From Phycisphaerae bacterium (GTDB lineage: Bacteria > Planctomycetota > Phycisphaerae > WQYP01), in assembly GCA_049965775.1 (NCBI GenBank), contig JBMFVX010000001.1, forward strand, positions 9,483 through 63,024: a stretch of 53,542 nt of DNA. Reading direction: 5' to 3'. Position 1 is the stretch's first letter, and every line of letters starts with the position of its first letter. Below are positions 33,616 through 43,625 of this stretch, one piece after another. The position numbers were made by a program, and so were the translations under genes. The notes below the pieces were generated by a model. It was not told the DNA's origin and did not search any database. It was given only the letters and a program-made list of their open reading frames with translations.

Positions 33616-35270
33616 AACCGGAAGAACTGGAAAGCCTCGCGCAGAAAGCTCGACAGCATGATGAGAAATTCGCTCATCACATAAACGTTTGCATGGAATC
33701 GGGCTGCACCAGCTCGCAAAGCGATGTGGTGCTCACTCAACTGCAGGAACAGACCCAAAAACGGGGATGCGCCCAAAGCGTGCGTGTAAAGGCTGTGGGC
33801 TGCATGGGGCTGTGTTGCAATGGTCCGTTGGTTCGCGTGGATGATCGGTTGTACCAAAACGTTACACCTGCCGATGCCGGCGAGATTATAGCCTCGCTGA
33901 ACGGGCCCGTTGTGGAGCGACTGATCTGCGATACACAGCACCCATTTTTCACCAAACAAAAACTTGTGGTGCGCGAAAACTCCGGTCATACCGATCCAGA
34001 GGACATTGCCGACTGCATTGGGCACGGGGCGTATCAGTCGCTGCTCAAGGCGCTTACAAGCATGAGTCCCCAGCAGGTTGTTGCCGAAATATCAGAGTCG
34101 GGCCTTCGCGGACGTGGCGGAGCTGGCTTCCCCACAGGGCTTAAATGGGCCACGGTCGCCAAAGCCGGTGGACCACGCAAGTATGTGATCTGCAATGGCG
34201 ATGAGGGCGACCCTGGTGCTTTCATGGACCGCAGCGTTATGGAGGGCGATCCGCACCGGGTACTGGAAGGTATGGCCATCGCCGCCTACGCAGTTGGGGC
34301 TGAGCAGGGAGTTATATATGTGCGGGCGGAGTATCCGTTGGCGGTCAAACGATTGAATAAGGCTATTAATCAGGCGAGGAGGCAGGACCTGATTGGACAC
34401 GAAATCTTCGGCACCAAGTTTAACTTTAATGTTGAGGTAAGGTTGGGCGCTGGGGCATTCGTCTGCGGCGAGGAGACCTCGCTCATAGCCAGCGTGGAAG
34501 GCAATCGTGGGGTGCCGCGACCGAGGCCGCCGTATCCCGCGAATAAAGGGCTTCATGGCTGCCCAACGCTGATAAACAATGTTGAAACCTACGCCAACGT
34601 ACCGGCCATTATTAACCATGGCGCTGCTTGGTTTGCAGCCATGGGCACCGAAAAGAGCAAAGGCACCAAGGTTTTTGCGCTGACCGGCAAGATCAAAAAC
34701 TCCGGCCTTATTGAAGTGCCGATGGGCATTACGCTGCGGGAAATTATTTTTGACATTGCCGGCGGAATTCCGGACGGAAAGGCTTTTAAGGCTGTTCAAA
34801 CCGGCGGCCCCTCGGGAGGGTGCATACCCGCGGCCCACCTGGACCTGCCGGTAGAGTACGAGTCGCTGATGAAACTGGGATCCATTATGGGTTCGGGCGG
34901 CATGATCGTAATGGATGAGACCAGCAACATGGTGGATGTAGCGCGGTTTTTCATGGAGTTCTGCATGACTGAAAGCTGCGGCAAATGCGTGCCATGTCGC
35001 GTGGGCACCTACGAAATGCACGAATTGCTGGATCGCATCTGCCGAGCAGAAGGCTCACCGCACGATTTGGTGCTGCTGAAGGAATTGTGCGACATGGTTA
35101 AGCAAACGAGTCTGTGTGGACTCGGTCAGTCGGCGCCCAATCCGGTGCTTAGCACACTGCGTTTTTTTGAAGATGAATATCTGACGCTCATCCAACAGGC
35201 GCAGCAGCGCCGAGATCAGGACGACCGCACCGCGGATGAACGCCACCTTGCCTTGGAGGTGTTGCCATGA
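33612..35270 (+). CDS. hoxF: Bidirectional hydrogenase diaphorase subunit HoxF (NuoF-like, FMN/NAD(P), Fe-S)
   Basis: N-terminal thioredoxin-like [2Fe-2S] region, [26 protein letters not shown], and the 4Fe-4S motif [12 protein letters not shown]...SLCGLG. ATGA overlap with hoxE. Confidence 0.95.
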   Translation: MKPEELESLAQKARQHDEKFAHHINVCMESGCTSSQSDVVLTQLQEQTQKRGCAQSVRVKAVGCMGLCCNGPLVRVDDRLYQNVTPADAGEIIASLNGPVVERLICDTQHPFFTKQKLVVRENSGHTDPEDIADCIGHGAYQSLLKALTSMSPQQVVAEISESGLRGRGGAGFPTGLKWATVAKAGGPRKYVICNGDEGDPGAFMDRSVMEGDPHRVLEGMAIAAYAVGAEQGVIYVRAEYPLAVKRLNKAINQARRQDLIGHEIFGTKFNFNVEVRLGAGAFVCGEETSLIASVEGNRGVPRPRPPYPANKGLHGCPTLINNVETYANVPAIINHGAAWFAAMGTEKSKGTKVFALTGKIKNSGLIEVPMGITLREIIFDIAGGIPDGKAFKAVQTGGPSGGCIPAAHLDLPVEYESLMKLGSIMGSGGMIVMDETSNMVDVARFFMEFCMTESCGKCVPCRVGTYEMHELLDRICRAEGSPHDLVLLKELCDMVKQTSLCGLGQSAPNPVLSTLRFFEDEYLTLIQQAQQRRDQDDRTADERHLALEVLP

Positions 35271-35998
35271 TTACCCAAGTTAATTCTTCTGTGGAATCGC
35301 TTACCCTGCGAATCAACGGCAAAGATGTGAGTTGTCGTGCCGGCGATACGGTGCTGCAGGCTGTGCGCGATAACGGCATGGAACTGCCAACGCTGTGCTG
35401 GTTGGAGGGCCTGACTGTCTGGGGCGGCTGCCGCCTGTGCATGGTGGAAATAGCTGGCTCGCCGAAGCTTCACGCTGCCTGCGCCACCGCTTGCCAGGAG
35501 GGCATGGAAGTGCAAACTAATTCTGATCGGTTACACCGTTATCGGCGCATGATTGTCGAACTGCTGTTGGCCGAACGCAATCACATCTGTTCGGTGTGCG
35601 TCAGCAATGGGCATTGCGAACTCCAGAGCTTGGCACAAAAGCTGGGCATTGACCATGTGCGCTTTGCATACCGAAATCCGCAACTCGAAGTTGATAATTC
35701 GCATGATCGGATGCGGCTTGATCATAACCGCTGCATTTTGTGTACGCGGTGCGTGCGCGTGTGCGCGGAGGTGGAGGGTGCCCGCACCAAAGATATCAAG
35801 GGGCGGGGCGTGTTGGCCGCGGTCATTCATGATCTTGACCAGCCTTGGGGAGAGAGCGAAACGTGCACAAGTTGCGGAAAATGCGTCAACGTATGCCCAA
35901 CCGGTGCTTTGACGCATCGGGGCGTTGCGGTTGGCGAAATGACTAAAAAGCTTGCATTTCTGCCGTATTTAACCCTTATGCGGGAGGCTAATCCATGA
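35267..35998 (+). CDS. hoxU: Bidirectional hydrogenase diaphorase subunit HoxU (NuoG N-terminal-like Fe-S protein)
   Basis: [2Fe-2S] motif (C...CRLC) and 4Fe-4S motifs [11 protein letters not shown] and [16 protein letters not shown] overlaps on both sides. Confidence 0.9.
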   Translation: MITQVNSSVESLTLRINGKDVSCRAGDTVLQAVRDNGMELPTLCWLEGLTVWGGCRLCMVEIAGSPKLHAACATACQEGMEVQTNSDRLHRYRRMIVELLLAERNHICSVCVSNGHCELQSLAQKLGIDHVRFAYRNPQLEVDNSHDRMRLDHNRCILCTRCVRVCAEVEGARTKDIKGRGVLAAVIHDLDQPWGESETCTSCGKCVNVCPTGALTHRGVAVGEMTKKLAFLPYLTLMREANP

Positions 35999-36561
35999 CC
36001 GAGTCCAACAAAAAACCGACGGTAGCCACAGTGTGGCTGGATGGTTGTTCGGGATGTCACATGAGCCTGCTCGACCTGGATGAACGTTTGATCACATTGG
36101 CGGGACTTGTGGATGTGCTTCACTCGCCGGTGGTGGATGACAAAAAATTTCCCGCCCGGGTTGATCTTACTCTGGTCGAGGGTGCGGTGAGTTCCGAGGA
36201 GGATTACCGCAAGGCTCGCATGATTCGCGCACGCAGCGCCTGCGTGCTGTCGCTAGGCGACTGCGCCGTTACCGGCAATGTGCCTGCCATGCGCAATTGT
36301 TTCGACCGTGCCTCGCTTTTTGAGCGAGCATACGTTGAAAACGCGTCGTACCCGCCGGAGCCTGGGCAGAGGCGGGTGGGTTTGCCGGTGTTGGGTGTAC
36401 CACCCCTGAGGCCTAAGGCTGTTCCACTGCATCAGGTGATTAAGGTGGATGTGTATGTTCCCGGTTGCCCGCCGCCGGCAAATGCAATCTGGTTTGCACT
36501 TTCAGAAATCCTCGCGGGCCGGATGCCCAGCATTACCGAGGTGACGCGTTTTGGGCTTTAA
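35995..36561 (+). CDS. hoxY: [NiFe] hydrogenase small subunit HoxY (group 3d type)
   Basis: 188 aa with only the proximal-cluster cysteines ([25 protein letters not shown]), as in Hox-type small subunits. Confidence 0.9.
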   Translation: MTESNKKPTVATVWLDGCSGCHMSLLDLDERLITLAGLVDVLHSPVVDDKKFPARVDLTLVEGAVSSEEDYRKARMIRARSACVLSLGDCAVTGNVPAMRNCFDRASLFERAYVENASYPPEPGQRRVGLPVLGVPPLRPKAVPLHQVIKVDVYVPGCPPPANAIWFALSEILAGRMPSITEVTRFGL

Positions 36562-36599
36562 GCCAGTGACTTGAGCATGGCTGTACAGGAGGTAAATGT

Positions 36600-38027
36600 A
36601 TGAACCGCACGATTACAATTGAAGGCGTAACCCGCATTGAAGGCCACGCCCGCATAACAATTCAGCTTGATGAAGCTGGCAAAGTGGCCGACGCGCAATT
36701 TCATGTGACGCAATTCCGTGGTTTTGAGAAATTTGTGGAAGGCCGACCTCTTACCGAAATGCCCGCCATTATGGCCCGCATCTGCGGAATTTGTCCGGTA
36801 AGCCACCTGATGGCGTCGAGCAAAGCCTGCGATGACCTGCTGGCGGTCGAAATTCCGCCGAATGCGGCTCGTTTGCGGCGCATTATGAACCTGGCGCAGC
36901 TTGTACAAAGCCATGCTCTGTCGTTTTTCCATCTATCGAGTCCAGACTTGATTTTTGGCATGGATGGCGATCCAGCGAAGCGAAATATTTTTGGCCTCAT
37001 TCAAGACCACCCCGATTTCGCCCGCGATGGTATTATGCTGCGGAAATTCGGTCAGGATATCATCGGTCTGCTGGGCGGCAAGAAAATCCATCCGGCATGG
37101 ACTGTTCCCGGCGGGGTTAATGCACCGTTGACACAGGAACATCGAGACCAGATTGCCTCCATGATTCCTGATGCGCTGGCCCGTGCTTTGAGGGCCGCAG
37201 AATATTTTCAGCGTGTGCGCGACTGTTATCCCGCCGAGGTAGATGCCTTCGCTAATTTTCCCACGATGTTTGTGGGGCTGGTGTCTGCCGATAGATTGTT
37301 GGAGCATTATGATGGCACCTTGCTGTTTTCGGATGAACACGGAGCCCCAGTAGCTGAACTTCGTGAACCGCGCGAGTACGCCTCGCTTATTGCCGAAGCT
37401 GTTGAAAAGCATTCGTTTTTAAAGTCGCCTTATTTTCGGCCGCGGGGTTATCCGCATGGTATCTATCGGGTTGGCCCGCTGGCGCGTTTGGTGTTGGCGG
37501 AAGGATGCGGCACGCCGCTGGCTGATCGGGAACTGGATGTTTTTAGGCAGCGACTTGGCCGTGCTCCACAAAGCAGCTTTCATTACCATTGGGCGCGGCT
37601 GATTGAAATTATCTATGGAATTGAAATGATCCAGCGGCTGCTGGAACATCCCGATATTTTAAGTGAGCAAGTGCGAGCCCGCGCGCGGCCCAATAAACTG
37701 GAAGGCGTGGGCATCTCGGAAGCACCGCGCGGTACGCTGATTCATCACTACCGCATTGACGAAAACGGTTTAATGCGGTGGGCCAATCTCATTATTGCCA
37801 CCGGCAACAACAACCTTGCCATGAATCGCGGTGTGCTTCAGGTCGCGCGGCGATTTGTAGATGGCAATCGTCTGCAGGAAGGTATGCTCAACCGGGTTGA
37901 GGCGGTCATCCGCTGCTTTGATCCATGCCTTAGCTGCTCTACCCATGCGCTGGGACAAATGCCTCTGCGCATTGAATTATTGACCGCCCAAGGGGAGGTG
38001 TGCGATGCGCTCCAAAGACAAGATTAG
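36600..38027 (+). CDS. hoxH: [NiFe] hydrogenase large subunit HoxH (group 3d type)
   Basis: N-terminal [10 protein letters not shown] and C-terminal DPCLSCSTH Ni-binding motifs. A tail of about 26 aa follows the His, consistent with endopeptidase processing. CAGGAGG RBS. Confidence 0.95.
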   Translation: MNRTITIEGVTRIEGHARITIQLDEAGKVADAQFHVTQFRGFEKFVEGRPLTEMPAIMARICGICPVSHLMASSKACDDLLAVEIPPNAARLRRIMNLAQLVQSHALSFFHLSSPDLIFGMDGDPAKRNIFGLIQDHPDFARDGIMLRKFGQDIIGLLGGKKIHPAWTVPGGVNAPLTQEHRDQIASMIPDALARALRAAEYFQRVRDCYPAEVDAFANFPTMFVGLVSADRLLEHYDGTLLFSDEHGAPVAELREPREYASLIAEAVEKHSFLKSPYFRPRGYPHGIYRVGPLARLVLAEGCGTPLADRELDVFRQRLGRAPQSSFHYHWARLIEIIYGIEMIQRLLEHPDILSEQVRARARPNKLEGVGISEAPRGTLIHHYRIDENGLMRWANLIIATGNNNLAMNRGVLQVARRFVDGNRLQEGMLNRVEAVIRCFDPCLSCSTHALGQMPLRIELLTAQGEVCDALQRQD

Positions 38028-38556
38028 CCGACCGATTGAACTCGACACGCTCGTAATTGGCTATGGCAATCCAATGCGCGGCGATGACGGCGCAGGGCCT
38101 GCTCTTGCCGAGCAGTTGTCGGAAAGATTGCAGCCATGGGGCTGTGGCCGCGTGAAGTGCATAAGCTGTATGCAACTTACGCCGGAACTTGCCGGCGATA
38201 TTGCCGCTGCCCGACGGGTTGTATTCGTGGATGCAAGCCTGGACATTGCCCCGGGCCATGTGGCGATTCGACGGGTTACCCCAAAGTCGCCTGCCAGCAA
38301 TTTCAGCCATCATCTTTCGCCTGGCGCTATGCTTTATCTGTGCCGACGAGCCCTCAATGCCGAGCCTGATGCTTGGGTGGTGGCTATTGGCGTGGAGTCC
38401 ATGCAGATTGGCGACGTGCTGAGCCTGCTGGCCGCCAAGGCGGTGGATCGTCTGGCTCGACGTCTGGCGTATCGGCTGGTGCGGCCGCGCAAGCCGGCGA
38501 CGCAAGCACACCCCCCAGCGCAACAAGGTCGCCGAACCAAACGCCAGTCGTTGTAA
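38005..38556 (+). CDS. hoxW: Hydrogenase maturation endopeptidase HoxW
   Basis: LVIGYGNPMRGDDGAG motif of the HyaD/HybD/HoxW protease family. Overlaps the hoxH 3' end by 23 nt. Confidence 0.85.
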   Translation: MRSKDKISRPIELDTLVIGYGNPMRGDDGAGPALAEQLSERLQPWGCGRVKCISCMQLTPELAGDIAAARRVVFVDASLDIAPGHVAIRRVTPKSPASNFSHHLSPGAMLYLCRRALNAEPDAWVVAIGVESMQIGDVLSLLAAKAVDRLARRLAYRLVRPRKPATQAHPPAQQGRRTKRQSL

Positions 38557-38578
38557 CAACCTAACAAAAGGATAGATC

Positions 38579-41500
38579 ATGAAAAGCCATAACTTAATAC
38601 CTGTTGACGGCAATGAGGCGGCGGCTGACGTGGCTTACCGTCTAAGTGAAATGGTTGCGTTGTACCCGATCACGCCTGCCAGCGTTATGGGGGAACTGGC
38701 CGACGAATGGGCCGCGCGCGGTCGCGAGAACCTTTTTGGCTCTATTCCGCGCGTTGTGGAAATGCAGAGCGAGGCAGGCGCTATTGGCGCGGTGCATGGT
38801 GGCCTACAGGCAGGTGTGCTGTGCACAACTTTTACCGCCTCGCAGGGATTGCTGCTGATGATTCCCAACATGTACAAAATAGCCGGGGAATTGACTCCAT
38901 TTGTCATGCATGTGGCGGCGCGGTCGCTGGCTACGCACGCCCTGTCCATTTTTGGCGATCATTCTGACGTTATGGCATGCCGCCAAACCGGCTTTGCCAT
39001 GCTTGCTTCTTCCAGTGTGCAGGAAGCGCATGATCAAGCAGCCATCGCCACGTCCGCAACGCTGAAATCGCGTGTGCCATTTGTGCATTTCTTTGATGGT
39101 TTTCGCACCTCGCATGAAATTAACTGTATTGAGCCGCTTCAAGATGAGCATCTTCGCCTTTTTGTTGACCAGGCCGATATTGCCGCCCATCGCGCCCGTG
39201 GGCTTACGCCCGACAAACCGGTTCTGCGCGGTACAGCACAGAACCCGGACGTTTTCTTTCAGGCTCGCGAGGCGGCTAATCCATTTTATCAGTCGCTAGG
39301 TGTTTTGATTGAGAGCCAAATGCAGCGATTTGCGGAAATAACCGGCCGCCGGTATCAACCTTATCAATATGTCGGATCGCCGGACGCAACTAATGTAATT
39401 ATAGCCATGGGATCGGGCGCCCAGACGGTTGCGCAAACAGTTCGGTGGCTTAATAGTCAGGGACAATCCTGCGGTTGCGTGATTGTGCGTATGTATCGGC
39501 CCTTTGCCGGTTCGATGTTCGTCGGCGTCCTGCCACCCGCGGTCAAACGGATTGCCGTGCTCGATCGTTGTAAAGAGCCAGGTTCTCTTGGTGAACCCCT
39601 CTATCAGGATGTGCTTACTTCGCTCATAGAAGCCAGGGATTCAGGCTTAGTGCCCGAGATTCCGCTGGTTAGCGGAGGTCGCTATGGCCTGTCCAGCAAA
39701 GAGTTTACGCCGGCCATGGTACGAGCCATATTTGATGAGCTATCTCGTTCAGAACCTCGCAGGCATTTTACCGTCGGCATTGTGGATGATGTCACGCGGC
39801 TTTCGCTGCCCGTGCAGGAATCGCTTGACATTGAACCGGCTGATACGTTTCGGGCGCTATTTTATGGCCTCGGCTCGGACGGAACTGTTGGTGCCAACAA
39901 AAACTCCATCAAGATTATCGCACAGGAAACGGGCCGCAGTGCCCAGGCATATTTCGTCTACGACTCGAAAAAATCGGGCGCGCTGACGGTATCGCACCTG
40001 CGCTTTGGTCCAAGTGCCATATGTGCACCGTATTTGATTAATCAAGCTGATTTTATTGCATGCCATCAGTTTGAATTTTTAGAAAAGATGGATATTGTCG
40101 AGCATCTCAAACCCGGAGGCGTTGTGCTCCTGAATGCCCCCTGGTCGTCTCAGGATCTTTGGCCGCATCTGCCCTTGGAAGTGCAGGAGGCGCTTATCGC
40201 ACGGCGGGCGCGTGTATTTGCGATTGACGCCGGGGCAGTTGCCCGTGAAGCGGGTATGGGGCGGCGTATCAATACGATCATGCAAACTTGCTTCTTCGCG
40301 ATATCCGGTGTTTTGGCACGCGACGAGGCGATTGCCGCAATCAAGCGAGCCATAAGCAAAACCTACGCCAAGCGTGGCGACGAGGTAGTGCGCCGAAACT
40401 TTGCGGCAGTTGATGCAGCTTTGGCCAAACTCTACGAGATTGCTTTGCCTGCAAAGGCCGATTCTACCTTGCATCAAACAGGCTATTTCCAGCAGGCAAT
40501 GCCGGAGTTTACCGCTCGCGTGCAGGCCGTAATGATGGCGGGCAAGGGCGACAGCCTGCCGGTGAGTGCTTTTCCGGTGGATGGCACATGGCCAACCGGC
40601 ACCACCCGTTGGGAAAAGCGCAATATTGCAGAGGAGATTCCGGTTTGGGAACCCACGCTGTGCATTCAATGCAATAAGTGCTCTTTTGTCTGTCCGCATG
40701 CCGCCATACGTGCAAAGGTCTGCGTATCCGAAGACCTTGCCGGAGCACCGGCTGGGTTTCTCACTGCTGCGTATAAGGCACCTGACTTTAAAGGCATGCG
40801 TTACGTGCTTCAGGTTGCCCCGGAAGACTGCACCGGTTGCGGCCTGTGCATTCAGATTTGTCCCGCCAAAGATAAAGCCAACCCGCGCGTTAAAGCGATC
40901 GGCGCCATGCCGCGGCTAAACGTGCTGGATCGCGAGAAATCGCGGTACGACTTCTTCCTCTCGTTGCCGGAGGTTGACCGCACTGCCATTACACGGCTGG
41001 ACGCCAAGACCAGTCAATTCATGCTGCCCCTGTTCGAGTATTCGGGCGCTTGCGCCGGTTGCGGTGAAACTCCATACATTAAACTGCTCACCCAACTTTT
41101 CGGCGATCGGCTGGTCATAGCCAACGCCACCGGTTGCTCGTCTATTTATGGTGGAAACCTGCCTACAACGCCCTACACCCACGACGCAAAGGGCCGAGGG
41201 CCGGCATGGAATAACTCTCTCTTTGAGGATAATGCCGAATTCGGGTTGGGGCTTGCAATGGGCACAGGTGCTCGCACCAGCCAGGCAAGACGTCTTTTGC
41301 AGGAGCTTACACCTGTGCTCGGCCACGCGATTGTAAATGAACTGCTCTCGGCTCCGCAGTCTACCGAGGCGGATATAGTTCAACAGCGGGATCGCGTAGA
41401 GCAATTACGGCAGCGGCTGAAAACGGTTGCTGAACCGGCAGCCAGGCTCCTTGAAACGTTTGCCGACTATCTGTTGGAAAAATCTGTTTGGATTATTGGC

Positions 41501-42187
41501 GGCGATGGATGGGCTTATGATATCGGCTACGGCGGCCTGGATCATGTGCTGAGCTTGTCGGAAAAGGTTCGCATTCTGGTTCTGGACACTGAGGTGTATT
41601 CCAATACGGGCGGCCAAAGCTCCAAGAGTACGCCCATCGGCGCGGCGGCCAAATTTGCCGCACTGGGCAAAGCCACGCAGAAGAAAGACCTGGGTCTTAT
41701 GGCAATGAGTTACCGCCACGCCTACGTGGCGAGTGTTGCTTTTGGCGCTAACGACAATCAGACTGTCAAAGCATTTGCGGAGGCCAATGCGTTCCCCGGC
41801 CCGGCAATTATTATTGCCTATGCGCACTGCATAGCACACGGATACGACTTGCGCTTTGGTTGCGAACAGCAGAAGCTCGCCGTGGACAGCGGCATTTGGC
41901 CATTGTATCGGTACGATCCACGATTGATAGGCCAAGGTAAGCCGCCGCTCCAAATAGACAGCCCGGTCGTTCGCGCGGCTGTCAGTGACTATCTTCGCAA
42001 CGAAACACGCTTTGCCATGGTGGAAAAAATTGACCCGAAGCGCTTTCATGAATTGGGTCAGGCTGCGGCGCGCAACACCACAGAACGACTAGCTCTCTAT
42101 CACGAACTCGCACGTATTGCTTATCCGGCCGGCAGCAATGGCAGTAACACCGATGAAAAGGCGATTAAAGAAGGAGCTCCATCATGA
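38579..42187 (+). CDS. nifJ: Pyruvate:ferredoxin (flavodoxin) oxidoreductase, single-polypeptide type
   Basis: 1202 aa. Ferredoxin-domain motifs CIQCNKCSFVCPHAAIR and CTGCGLCIQICP, TPP motif GGDGWAYDIGYGGLDHV. AAAGGA RBS 22 nt after the hoxW stop. Confidence 0.95.
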   Translation: MKSHNLIPVDGNEAAADVAYRLSEMVALYPITPASVMGELADEWAARGRENLFGSIPRVVEMQSEAGAIGAVHGGLQAGVLCTTFTASQGLLLMIPNMYKIAGELTPFVMHVAARSLATHALSIFGDHSDVMACRQTGFAMLASSSVQEAHDQAAIATSATLKSRVPFVHFFDGFRTSHEINCIEPLQDEHLRLFVDQADIAAHRARGLTPDKPVLRGTAQNPDVFFQAREAANPFYQSLGVLIESQMQRFAEITGRRYQPYQYVGSPDATNVIIAMGSGAQTVAQTVRWLNSQGQSCGCVIVRMYRPFAGSMFVGVLPPAVKRIAVLDRCKEPGSLGEPLYQDVLTSLIEARDSGLVPEIPLVSGGRYGLSSKEFTPAMVRAIFDELSRSEPRRHFTVGIVDDVTRLSLPVQESLDIEPADTFRALFYGLGSDGTVGANKNSIKIIAQETGRSAQAYFVYDSKKSGALTVSHLRFGPSAICAPYLINQADFIACHQFEFLEKMDIVEHLKPGGVVLLNAPWSSQDLWPHLPLEVQEALIARRARVFAIDAGAVAREAGMGRRINTIMQTCFFAISGVLARDEAIAAIKRAISKTYAKRGDEVVRRNFAAVDAALAKLYEIALPAKADSTLHQTGYFQQAMPEFTARVQAVMMAGKGDSLPVSAFPVDGTWPTGTTRWEKRNIAEEIPVWEPTLCIQCNKCSFVCPHAAIRAKVCVSEDLAGAPAGFLTAAYKAPDFKGMRYVLQVAPEDCTGCGLCIQICPAKDKANPRVKAIGAMPRLNVLDREKSRYDFFLSLPEVDRTAITRLDAKTSQFMLPLFEYSGACAGCGETPYIKLLTQLFGDRLVIANATGCSSIYGGNLPTTPYTHDAKGRGPAWNNSLFEDNAEFGLGLAMGTGARTSQARRLLQELTPVLGHAIVNELLSAPQSTEADIVQQRDRVEQLRQRLKTVAEPAARLLETFADYLLEKSVWIIGGDGWAYDIGYGGLDHVLSLSEKVRILVLDTEVYSNTGGQSSKSTPIGAAAKFAALGKATQKKDLGLMAMSYRHAYVASVAFGANDNQTVKAFAEANAFPGPAIIIAYAHCIAHGYDLRFGCEQQKLAVDSGIWPLYRYDPRLIGQGKPPLQIDSPVVRAAVSDYLRNETRFAMVEKIDPKRFHELGQAAARNTTERLALYHELARIAYPAGSNGSNTDEKAIKEGAPS

Positions 42188-43206
42188 ATCTGTCCTGCAG
42201 TTATATGGGATTCCAATTGACGAGTCCGCTCATACCGGGTGCTTCGCCCCTGGTGGATGATCTTGACACCGTTCGACGGCTTGAGGATGCCGGCGCGCCG
42301 ATGATCATCATGCACTCCATATTTGAAGAGCAACTGGTGCACGAACAACTTTATGTTAACGAAACCATTGAGTACCCGGAAGAGTCTTACAGCGAGGCGG
42401 CGACCTATCTGCCCCGGCCTGATGATTTTCGACTTGGGTCGGAATCGTATCTGCGGCAGCTTGCCGCAATAAAGGCCGCGGTGGATGTACCGGTCATCGC
42501 GTCGCTGAATGGCCGAACGCGCGGCGGCTGGATCAATTATGCGAAGCTTCTGCAGCAGGCCGGCGCCGATGGAATCGAGCTTAATATTTATGAGATGTCG
42601 CTGTCTGCCGAAAGAAGCAGCGCACAGGTGGAGCGCGAATCGCTGGCGGTAATTAAAGATGTGCTGTCAGCAGTGCATATTCCGGTGGCTGTGAAGCTTT
42701 CGTCATTTTATGCAGCTCCGGTTCACTTTGCGGCGGCGGTTGCAGCCGCCGGCGCAAAGGCTGTGGTCATTTTTAATCGCTTTTACCAGGCCGACATAGA
42801 TATCGAAAATCTATGCCTGCGCCGGCAACTCAAATTGTCAACTTCTGACGAGCTTCTGTTGCGGCTAAGGTGGGGTGCGGCTATCAGCAGTCAAGTTGAC
42901 TGTGATCTTGCCATTACCGGGGGGGTGCAAACCGCGACCGACGCAATAAAGTGCGTCATGGTCGGAGCCGAGGCGGTACAGGTTGTCTCGGCACTGCTGG
43001 AGTTTGGGCCGGAGCATCTGGCGCAGTTGAACCGTGGCATTATGGAATGGATGGAATCGCACGAATATTTGTCGCTTTCTCAGATGAAAGGCTCCATGAG
43101 CTTGCCGCGCTCGCCCGAGCCTGAAATTTTTGAGCGTAGCAATTACATGCGAATTCTTCAGGGATGGAAGGGGGCGGAGGCCGGTGCCGATCAGTTTTGG
43201 AGCTAA
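42184..43206 (+). CDS. Dihydroorotate dehydrogenase-like TIM-barrel flavoprotein (function unknown)
   Basis: DHOD class-1-like fold motifs (GADGIELN..., ITGGVQTATDAIKCVMVGAEAVQVVSAL). After ELN, however, the canonical S-C/S-P-N catalytic loop is replaced by IYEMSLS. ATGA overlap with nifJ. Confidence 0.8.
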   Translation: MNLSCSYMGFQLTSPLIPGASPLVDDLDTVRRLEDAGAPMIIMHSIFEEQLVHEQLYVNETIEYPEESYSEAATYLPRPDDFRLGSESYLRQLAAIKAAVDVPVIASLNGRTRGGWINYAKLLQQAGADGIELNIYEMSLSAERSSAQVERESLAVIKDVLSAVHIPVAVKLSSFYAAPVHFAAAVAAAGAKAVVIFNRFYQADIDIENLCLRRQLKLSTSDELLLRLRWGAAISSQVDCDLAITGGVQTATDAIKCVMVGAEAVQVVSALLEFGPEHLAQLNRGIMEWMESHEYLSLSQMKGSMSLPRSPEPEIFERSNYMRILQGWKGAEAGADQFWS

Positions 43207-43208
43207 AA

Positions 43209-43625
43209 ATGCACGAAATGTCGCTGGCGGTTGACCTCATGGAACTGGTGAAAAGGCATGTGCCGGCGTCGGCTTGTCTGATGACGGTAACGGTGCGTAT
43301 CGGCCCGATGCACGGTGTTGTCGCCGAGGCCCTGCAATGGGCATGGAGTGCGGTAAGCAGCGAGACGACTTGGCCGAAAGCCAAGCTTGTTATCGAAACT
43401 CCGCCCTGGCGTTTGCGTTGCCCTCGCTGTGGTCGTTTGTGGGAGCCGACGACCGTGGACGAGCACTGTACCTGCGGCGCGGTGCATGCCCACATCGAAG
43501 GCGGCGATGAGTTCACTTTGGTTTCAGTTGATGTTGCGGACTTTGATGAATCGGTCGAAAATCAAGCCCACTGTGAGGTTGAGGCGCCTTCTGCATTGGA
43601 TACCGTTGTAAAAGGTGATATGTGA
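43209..43625 (+). CDS. hypA: Hydrogenase nickel-insertion protein HypA
   Basis: Starts with MHEMSLA (conserved Ni-binding N-terminus). Zn motif CPRC...CTC. Start set at the ATG at 43209, 2 nt after the preceding stop. Confidence 0.85.
   Translation: MHEMSLAVDLMELVKRHVPASACLMTVTVRIGPMHGVVAEALQWAWSAVSSETTWPKAKLVIETPPWRLRCPRCGRLWEPTTVDEHCTCGAVHAHIEGGDEFTLVSVDVADFDESVENQAHCEVEAPSALDTVVKGDM

Noticed and set aside
34092-35021. Long antisense or shadow ORFs inside well-supported genes: 34092..35021, 32075..32938, 10099..10848, 17411..18127, 18890..19495, 37939..38613, 40079..40699, 41405..42049, 43921..44439, 49197..49817, 52654..53226
   Set aside because: These are typical stop-poor antisense frames of GC-rich coding DNA. 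Their translations are low-complexity (R/A/G/H-rich) with no motifs, and each is fully covered by a gene with strong family signatures on the other strand or frame.
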